Shown piece after piece: positions 43,986 through 49,198 of a stretch of DNA of 49,198 nt. Position numbers and translations under genes: made by a program. Source of the stretch: a virus (taxonomy: Duplodnaviria; Caudoviricetes); the IMG/VR virus record IMGVR_UViG_3300037755_000083, positions 1 to 49,198 of that record. The stretch is one strand, 5' to 3'. The notes beneath the pieces are model-generated. The model was given only the letters and a program-made list of their open reading frames with translations, was not told the origin of the DNA and did no database searches. Numbering within the stretch: position 1 is the first letter of the stretch; the number at the start of each line of letters is the position of its first letter.

Positions 43986-44779
43986 TGCATCTCCTTGTTC
44001 TTGTACTGGCAGACTTCCAGGAATCCGCACCCGCTGCATGAGTCGAAGTTCGGGAGGAAGATCTGTGACTGAATCATAGCATCCGCCTGGTCGAAGATCA
44101 AGCCGAGGCTCTTCCCGGTGTGCTCGTCGAGCGTGTACTCGTAGGCCACGCCCTGACGGGCCATGTAGTAGATGCCGCCGTCGACGACGACGCCGTCCGG
44201 CTCCAGGGACAGCTTGTAGACGCCAAGCTGAAGCGTCGAGGAGGGTCGACGCGAACCGGACTTGATGTCCAGTACGTAGACCTTGCCGGTCACCTTGTCG
44301 CGGACGACGCGGTCGATGAAGCCCTTGTTCGACTGGAGTCCGATATCGGACCGGACCTCCTTCTCGATGACGGGCTCATCCTCCTCGAAGACAAGTTCGT
44401 ACCGCCCGTTCCACATCCAGTTGCGGTAGTTGGTCAGCCACTCGGGGAGCCAGTGCAGGAACCAGTCCTTGTCCTGCTTGTTGGGGCCACCGTCCTTGCC
44501 GATAGCCCTGCGGACCTGCCCGCCGAGACGGTATTCGTCGAGAAGCCAGTCGGACGCGTCGACGTGCTCGTCGATGAGCGCTGACCAGTCGTCTTCGGTC
44601 AGGTCGACCCACGCCTGGCCTGTCGCCAGGGCGTAGTCCATCTTCTCTGTCACCTTGTGGAAGACGGTACCGATCAGCGTCGAGAGGTGTGGCCGTTCTG
44701 GCGTATCTGTCATGCGTGCGAGCCTGTAGGACTCGCCGCAGAAGGAGAGGGAGTTGATCTGGCTTGCTGAGAGTCGCAT
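43982..44779 (-). CDS. Cas4/RecB-like PD-(D/E)xK exonuclease
   Basis: LSASQ...C, GTVFH, GFIDRV, LDIKSG, QLGVY, C..C.F...C. Confidence 0.88.
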   Translation of the reverse strand: MRLSASQINSLSFCGESYRLARMTDTPERPHLSTLIGTVFHKVTEKMDYALATGQAWVDLTEDDWSALIDEHVDASDWLLDEYRLGGQVRRAIGKDGGPNKQDKDWFLHWLPEWLTNYRNWMWNGRYELVFEEDEPVIEKEVRSDIGLQSNKGFIDRVVRDKVTGKVYVLDIKSGSRRPSSTLQLGVYKLSLEPDGVVVDGGIYYMARQGVAYEYTLDEHTGKSLGLIFDQADAMIQSQIFLPNFDSCSGCGFLEVCQYKNKEMQ

Positions 44780-44803
44780 GTTGTTCCTTCCGTCGATACT
44801 CGA

Positions 44804-44832
44804 AGCCTATCACGCCTGAAGGCGTGAGTCAA
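44804..44832 (-). promoter_or_regulatory. Promoter TTGACT-17-TAGGCT
   Basis: Near-consensus; palindromic spacer; upstream of the nuclease gene. Confidence 0.75.
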
Positions 44833-45024
44833 CCCCCGGTCCAGGCGCCAGCCCCCTCACCGTAGGGGCTTGTGCTCGGGGCTTCCCTCACCGAGCTCCT
44901 GGGCAGGATCTACGAGGCTTCGGGACGTCCGGTGGTCAGAAAGGATAGTGACCGCGAGCGCCTGGAGGCGCTACTTGCCAGAGCCAACGTGTAATCTCTG
45001 ACTTTCGCAACCCCGGGGGTTGAT
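44829..45024 (-). ncRNA. Candidate structured RNA 1 (about 196 nt)
   Basis: 11-bp closing stem, nested helices, TGnTAGAAT promoter 6-7 nt upstream. Confidence 0.55.
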
Positions 45025-45030
45025 GTCTCT

Positions 45031-45059
45031 ATTCTAGCACGAGTGTGTGACACTCGCAC
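45031..45059 (-). promoter_or_regulatory. Extended -10 promoter TGCTAGAAT (weak -35 GTGCGA)
   Basis: Predicted start about 45024 coincides with the 5' end of the closing stem. Confidence 0.6.
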
Positions 45060-45137
45060 GTTCACTTCTCGACGACGTTCACTAAGGTTGAACGACTCCC
45101 TGGGGGTCGTCGTCCTCTTACCGCCTTCGGCGGCCAC

Positions 45138-45296
45138 TCTCGGTGGTGAAGTAAAGGGTGGTGAAGGCGTGCCCCCCTCTTCCCCCCACGAATCAAATCG
45201 TAGGTCCAGCCCTACAGGGCTGGAGGCGCTGTACTCAGTCAAGGTACAGAGGCCCGGAAGAGAGGACGCCTCCCCACCCTTCGCTTCACCCCGAGA
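45138..45296 (-). ncRNA. Candidate structured RNA 2 core (long stem plus four-way junction)
   Basis: Long-range complementarity with G-U pairs on the minus strand; promoter at 45395-45423. Confidence 0.55.
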
Positions 45297-45394
45297 TTAC
45301 TCTCGGCGGAGCCAGCAGAGGTTTGGAGCCTAGACGTGCCGGGAGAGTTTCCCATCCGCTTCGCGGATCCCTGAGTGTGTCTCACTCAGGGACT

Positions 45395-45446
45395 ACTGTA
45401 GCACTAGTCGGTGACGCTCGCAAGCGTCACACCCTGACGCTAGAAT
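45395..45446. promoter_or_regulatory. Divergent promoter pair sharing hexamer 45418-45423
   Basis: Minus: TTGCGA-17-TACAGT; plus: TCGCAA-17-TAGAAT with leaderless ATG at 45453. Confidence 0.65.
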
Positions 45447-45452
45447 GGTGTC

Positions 45453-45818
45453 ATGCCCACCAACGAGATCGAGATCAGCCCGCAGGGGATCGTGCGGACA
45501 CCCTTCCCCGCGCTCACTGGCGAGCTTGCCCAGATCCGCGCAGAGGCGCAGGTCGAGCTGAACCCGAACGCCTTCCAGGAGAAGGCGATCAAGCTGGTGA
45601 CGCAGCGCGTCGAGGAGATCCACTCCGACGAGTCGGGCCAGGTGCCCGACTTCGACGTGTACGTGGTCTGGTTCTGCAAGACGCTCCAGAACTGGAAGGC
45701 GCTCCTGTCGACGACCATCCCCGATGGTCGCTACTACGAGGTCACCTTCGACGGCGACAAGGGCTGTGTGTACGTCGACACGTACGTGAAGGAAGACAAC
45801 CGGAAGGCGCTCCTCTGA
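45453..45818 (+). CDS. DUF6275-like protein
   Basis: VYVVWFCKTLQNWKALLSTT.PDG.YYEVT..GDK...YVD.Y.K. Confidence 0.8.
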   Translation: MPTNEIEISPQGIVRTPFPALTGELAQIRAEAQVELNPNAFQEKAIKLVTQRVEEIHSDESGQVPDFDVYVVWFCKTLQNWKALLSTTIPDGRYYEVTFDGDKGCVYVDTYVKEDNRKALL

Positions 45819-45961
45819 TGGCCAAGGTCACCGCGAAGCAGGTCGAGCCCGGCAAGTGGCGCTGGGTGCGCGACAACGGCCCGTGGGGCACCGAGGAGTC
45901 CATCGGCTGGTTCTCCTCGAAGGAGGAGGCTCTGGAGGCCGAGAAGAGGGGCCAGAAGTGA
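45818..45961 (+). CDS. Hypothetical 47-aa protein
   Basis: TGATG coupling; GWFSSKEEA. Confidence 0.55.
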   Translation: MAKVTAKQVEPGKWRWVRDNGPWGTEESIGWFSSKEEALEAEKRGQK

Positions 45962-46488
45962 TCCTGTCGATGCGCGACATGGAGCGGGTGGCCGGGCTCG
46001 TGCAGGAGTTCCGCATGGACCCGGACAACGTCGCCCATGACGACGAAGGTTTCCTTCAATGGCTCAGCCAGGCATTCGCGGAGAAGGTCGCCGACTTCGC
46101 GTGGGGCACCGCGCGGGTCGGCGCGGTCCACATCGATCCACGGGACATTGTGATCGAGCGGGTAGACACACCCGTCCGCAATCAGATCGAGTTCCGGATG
46201 ATGTGGAACCCGATCTACGGGTTCGCCAACGACGGCACGATGAGTGCCGTCCTGGTGGACCATGAAGTGAACCATCTCAGGATCAGCAAGAGCGCGTGGC
46301 GCACCAGCGTCCGCTTCGCCCGTCTCCGGCCCCTCAACGAGGCCCTTTTCCTCGGCGAGAATGAGAGTATCCCTGAGCTGATCCCGCACGAGTATGTCGA
46401 CTTCCGGCTCTACGGCTGGCACGATACGCAGCGAGAGTGGGTGATGACCCCAGATGGCAAAGCACCCGAGCGTTCTGTACTTGACTAG
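45958..46488 (+). CDS. Hypothetical protein
   Basis: GTGA overlap. Confidence 0.6.
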   Translation: MILSMRDMERVAGLVQEFRMDPDNVAHDDEGFLQWLSQAFAEKVADFAWGTARVGAVHIDPRDIVIERVDTPVRNQIEFRMMWNPIYGFANDGTMSAVLVDHEVNHLRISKSAWRTSVRFARLRPLNEALFLGENESIPELIPHEYVDFRLYGWHDTQREWVMTPDGKAPERSVLD

Positions 46489-46675
46489 CGGTAACGGCCG
46501 CGTGAAGTATGACTACGGCACAGGCTTGATCACGCTGACTCTGTATGGTACGCTGGAACAAGCGACAGGGACACGGAAGTGGCCCTGGGAGGAGGCACCA
46601 GCCTCTCTCCGGCTAGCCATCCACAGGGAGGCCCTGAAGCGGGCCAGGACCGAGAACAGGATCAAGCATGACTGA
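46454..46675 (+). CDS. Hypothetical protein
   Basis: Fills the gap before the annealase gene. Confidence 0.45.
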   Translation: MAKHPSVLYLTSGNGRVKYDYGTGLITLTLYGTLEQATGTRKWPWEEAPASLRLAIHREALKRARTENRIKHD

Positions 46676-47168
46676 CAAGAAGCAGCGCGTCGTCTTCGGA
46701 GACGACCTCAACACCACCCAGCTCAACGCGCTCATGGCGGCGATCAACCCCGACCGCGTCTCTGACCGCGAGGGCGCTGGCGGGCGAACGCTCGCCTACG
46801 TGGAGGCGTGGGACATCAAGATGACCCTGTCCCGCATCTTCGGCGTCGGGAACTGGTCGTGGGACATCGTCGACCAGAAGCCCCTCAATCAGGCCGCGAA
46901 CAAGTGGTTCGTGAAGGGCATCCTGCACATCCACCAGACGGGCGCCCGCTACTCGGGTGCGGCTGTGGGCAGCGCCTCCGGCGCCGACGCTGAAGACAAC
47001 GCGCTGAAGGGCGCCGACTCTGACGCTCTCAAGCGCGCGGCCAGCAACCTGGGGCCGCAGTTCGGCCTCGGGCTCTACAACAAGGGCTCGCGCACGGAGG
47101 CGCTCGGGTTCAACGCCGCCGCCTACGAGGCGGGCCTCACGGACGTGGAAGGGAATGAGGTCAAGTGA
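46668..47168 (+). CDS. Rad52/Rad22 (Sak)-like single-strand annealing protein
   Basis: R.GAGGRTLAYVE, RIFGVGNWS, ALKGADSDALKRAA..LG..FGL.LY. Confidence 0.88.
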   Translation: MTDKKQRVVFGDDLNTTQLNALMAAINPDRVSDREGAGGRTLAYVEAWDIKMTLSRIFGVGNWSWDIVDQKPLNQAANKWFVKGILHIHQTGARYSGAAVGSASGADAEDNALKGADSDALKRAASNLGPQFGLGLYNKGSRTEALGFNAAAYEAGLTDVEGNEVK

Positions 47169-47437
47169 AGATGCGCACCTTCCCCAAGGCGGACATCTAC
47201 GACGACTATGACTTCCGGGTCGAGGTCATCGAGGACGACATCACCTCGACCCAGCGCTGGTCCGAGATCCACGAGGTCATCTTCAAGCACGACGGCAAGC
47301 ACTACCGCACCACCTACTCGCAGGGTCTCACCGAGTACCAGGACGAGCGCCCTTTCGAGCACGACACGGTCATCGAGTGTGTCGAGGTTCACGAGGTGGA
47401 GAAGATCGTAAAGGCGTGGGAGCCCGTTGAGGACTGA
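47165..47437 (+). CDS. Hypothetical protein
   Basis: RWS..HEVIF..DGK.Y...Y..GLTE.QD..PF motif. Confidence 0.7.
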   Translation: MKMRTFPKADIYDDYDFRVEVIEDDITSTQRWSEIHEVIFKHDGKHYRTTYSQGLTEYQDERPFEHDTVIECVEVHEVEKIVKAWEPVED

Positions 47438-47762
47438 ACGCCTGCGGCTCATCGGCGAAAGCTGGCAGGGCGCGCCGCACCATCTGCCCCAGGACTCTTT
47501 CGTCCTCGCAATCGACGAGGCATGGAAGGTGCTCCTGGGGCGGCTCCCCCGGATGACCGTCTACCTGCCGTCAGGCTGGTATACGATCCTCTGGGACGAA
47601 GAGGCAGGTCTCTACGACCTGATCGACATCAAACACAAGATTGAGGCTGAGCATGGAACAGGAGACTCCTACGTACACCGTAGGCGTAGGCGGTCCCTCG
47701 CCGACGTTCGCAGAAATCACGGACGTCCGAACCCTCGAAGTCGAGGATCTTCTGGACGGTGA
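47427..47762 (+). CDS. Hypothetical protein
   Basis: TTG start; 3' end overlaps the next ORF by about 110 nt. Confidence 0.4.
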   Translation: MRTERLRLIGESWQGAPHHLPQDSFVLAIDEAWKVLLGRLPRMTVYLPSGWYTILWDEEAGLYDLIDIKHKIEAEHGTGDSYVHRRRRRSLADVRRNHGRPNPRSRGSSGR

Positions 47763-47931
47763 GACGGTGGTAGGTGTCGCCGGTCACGGCCTCGGTCTCA
47801 CGTACACGCGCTACAAGGGCGCGTGGTACTACGGCCCGATGTCGGGCCATTTCTTCCCGCAGAAGGTCATCGGGAACATCCCGGACGGCAACTACGCGAT
47901 TGTAGGGACTGGTAGCGATGAGACTCAGTAA
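47653..47931 (+). CDS. Hypothetical protein
   Basis: GAGG RBS. Confidence 0.5.
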   Translation: MEQETPTYTVGVGGPSPTFAEITDVRTLEVEDLLDGETVVGVAGHGLGLTYTRYKGAWYYGPMSGHFFPQKVIGNIPDGNYAIVGTGSDETQ

Positions 47932-48175
47932 GCTGGACCTAGAGATGGCTGAGCGATTCGGCCAGACCGGCGAGGTGATCGACAAGATCGTCGACCAGCT
48001 CCTCGCTCAGTACTTCACAGACCTCGACGAGATGTGTACTGCGTCGCTCCTCACGCCTTATGGCGTGTCCGTGGAGTATCACGGTGCGGGCTCGTACACG
48101 ATCAAGGTGGACCCGGAGGTCCCTTCCGGGGAGATCCACGACAAGTCTGCCGTTAACCCGATGGAGGGGCTGTAA
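47918..48175 (+). CDS. Hypothetical protein
   Basis: TAATG coupling to next gene. Confidence 0.55.
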   Translation: MRLSKLDLEMAERFGQTGEVIDKIVDQLLAQYFTDLDEMCTASLLTPYGVSVEYHGAGSYTIKVDPEVPSGEIHDKSAVNPMEGL

Positions 48176-48417
48176 TGCCACGCACTCTGAGCAACCGGGG
48201 TCGCGTTAGCGACAAGGCGTACCGTGTCGTCGTTACGCGCCTCTTTCAGGACGGCTCCGAGCGGACGGAGATCTTCGGACTGTACGCCACGAAGGGTGGC
48301 GCGAACGCCATGCGGACCTACCAGCGTCGGCGACACGGATGGGATCGCCAGCCAGGCGTCACTCTCGACGCCTACGTCGAGTCGACGCCCGTCGAGTGGA
48401 CTCGGGAGGACTCGTGA
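48175..48417 (+). CDS. Hypothetical protein
   Basis: GGAGG RBS; GTGA overlap. Confidence 0.6.
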   Translation: MPRTLSNRGRVSDKAYRVVVTRLFQDGSERTEIFGLYATKGGANAMRTYQRRRHGWDRQPGVTLDAYVESTPVEWTREDS

Positions 48418-49172
48418 ACAAGCCCAGGATCTGCTGGATTGATATTGAGTGCAGTCCCATGCTTCTATGGGGCTACGAGCTGCGGAACGCCTTCTTCGGC
48501 ATCGATCAGATCGCCGAGCCTCCGCGCATCGTCTCCTTCGCGGCCAAGACGAACGACGAGAAGACGAAGTACTTCTCCGAGTACCACCACGACCGCGAAC
48601 GGATGCTCCTGGAGCTGTCGCGAACCCTCGACGACGCCGACGCGCTCGTCGCCTGGAACCTCCCCTTCGACGACACATGGATTCGCGGAGAGATTCGCGA
48701 GGCAGGCTTCGAGGAACCCACCCCGTACATCAAGTACGACCTGATGCGGGAGTTCCACAAGGGCGTCCGCTACCCGTCGAAGAAATTGGACTACGCCGCC
48801 AGGCGTTTCATTGAAGACTCCAAGTCGCCCGTCTCGGCGCTCAAGATCTGGTTGGAGATCAAGGCCGCCGAGAAGGCGGGTAACGAGGTCGGTCTTCGAC
48901 GCCTGTGGAACAAGTTCCGGAAGTACAACATCCAGGACGTGGACCTCATGCCGGTCATCTACGAGACGTACAGGGACTGGCTGAAGCCCATCATCAACCA
49001 GAACGTGTACGCGGAGGATGGCGTCCTGGTGTGCCGCTCCTGCGGCTCTGACAGGCTCCACAAGCGGGGCTTGTACATCGCCCCGTCTGGTACGACCTAC
49101 CAGGTGTGGCGGTGCGAGTGCAGGGCACAGACGCGGTCCATCCACCGCATCAAGGGCGTTCAGGGTCGCTAG
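48414..49172 (+). CDS. DnaQ-like (RNase_H_2/DEDDy) 3'-5' exonuclease with C-terminal Zn ribbon
   Basis: IDIEC, AWN.PFDD, YNIQDV, CRSCGS...WRCEC. Confidence 0.85.
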   Translation: MNKPRICWIDIECSPMLLWGYELRNAFFGIDQIAEPPRIVSFAAKTNDEKTKYFSEYHHDRERMLLELSRTLDDADALVAWNLPFDDTWIRGEIREAGFEEPTPYIKYDLMREFHKGVRYPSKKLDYAARRFIEDSKSPVSALKIWLEIKAAEKAGNEVGLRRLWNKFRKYNIQDVDLMPVIYETYRDWLKPIINQNVYAEDGVLVCRSCGSDRLHKRGLYIAPSGTTYQVWRCECRAQTRSIHRIKGVQGR

Positions 49173-49198
49173 GTGTTGACACCTCCCGGCGAGGTGTG
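49072..49198. repeat. Terminal 127-bp direct repeat (copy 2)
   Basis: Identical to 1-127. Confidence 0.95.

Noticed and set aside
44910-45333. ORFs 44910-45242 (-) and 45043-45333 (+)
   Set aside because: Non-ATG starts, no RBS, atypical composition; the sequence is better explained by base-pairing
43982-45450. CRISPR array or mini-array beside the Cas4-like gene
   Set aside because: No regularly spaced direct repeats; solo Cas4/RecB-like nucleases are common in actinophages
49072-49198. 127-bp terminal repeat as a biological direct terminal repeat
   Set aside because: Its length equals a standard assembler k-mer and it cuts through a gene and a promoter; it only shows circularity

Overview
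The window is a complete, circularly assembled genome (49,071 bp unique; positions 1-127 are repeated at 49072-49198) of a GC-rich, apparently lytic actinobacterial tailed phage, probably podovirus-like (no tape measure or tail tube recognised). It has four transcription blocks: (i) rightward replication/recombination genes 45453->end->5099 (Rad52/Sak-like annealase, DnaQ-like exonuclease, DnaB-like helicase, split primase, NrdH); (ii) leftward early/accessory genes 14030->5216 (SLOG protein, amidoligase plus class II glutamine amidotransferase, many small ORFs); (iii) rightward virion/lysis genes 15451->42232 (terminase, portal, a 2372-aa virion protein with an internal ADP-ribosyltransferase-like domain, NlpC/P60, 4 tRNAs, scaffold, capsid, GDPD, holins, amidase endolysin, tail proteins); (iv) leftward 44779->42229 (Cas4/RecB-like nuclease, resolvase). 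I recognised no integrase, DNA polymerase or CRISPR array. The most unusual signals are non-coding: two highly structured minus-strand RNA candidates, each with its own promoter, at 44829-45400; a four-copy covarying bulged hairpin in front of early genes; promoters with palindromic spacers; and pseudoknots at 6468-6495 and 31146-31184. All protein calls come from motif recognition by eye, not database searches.
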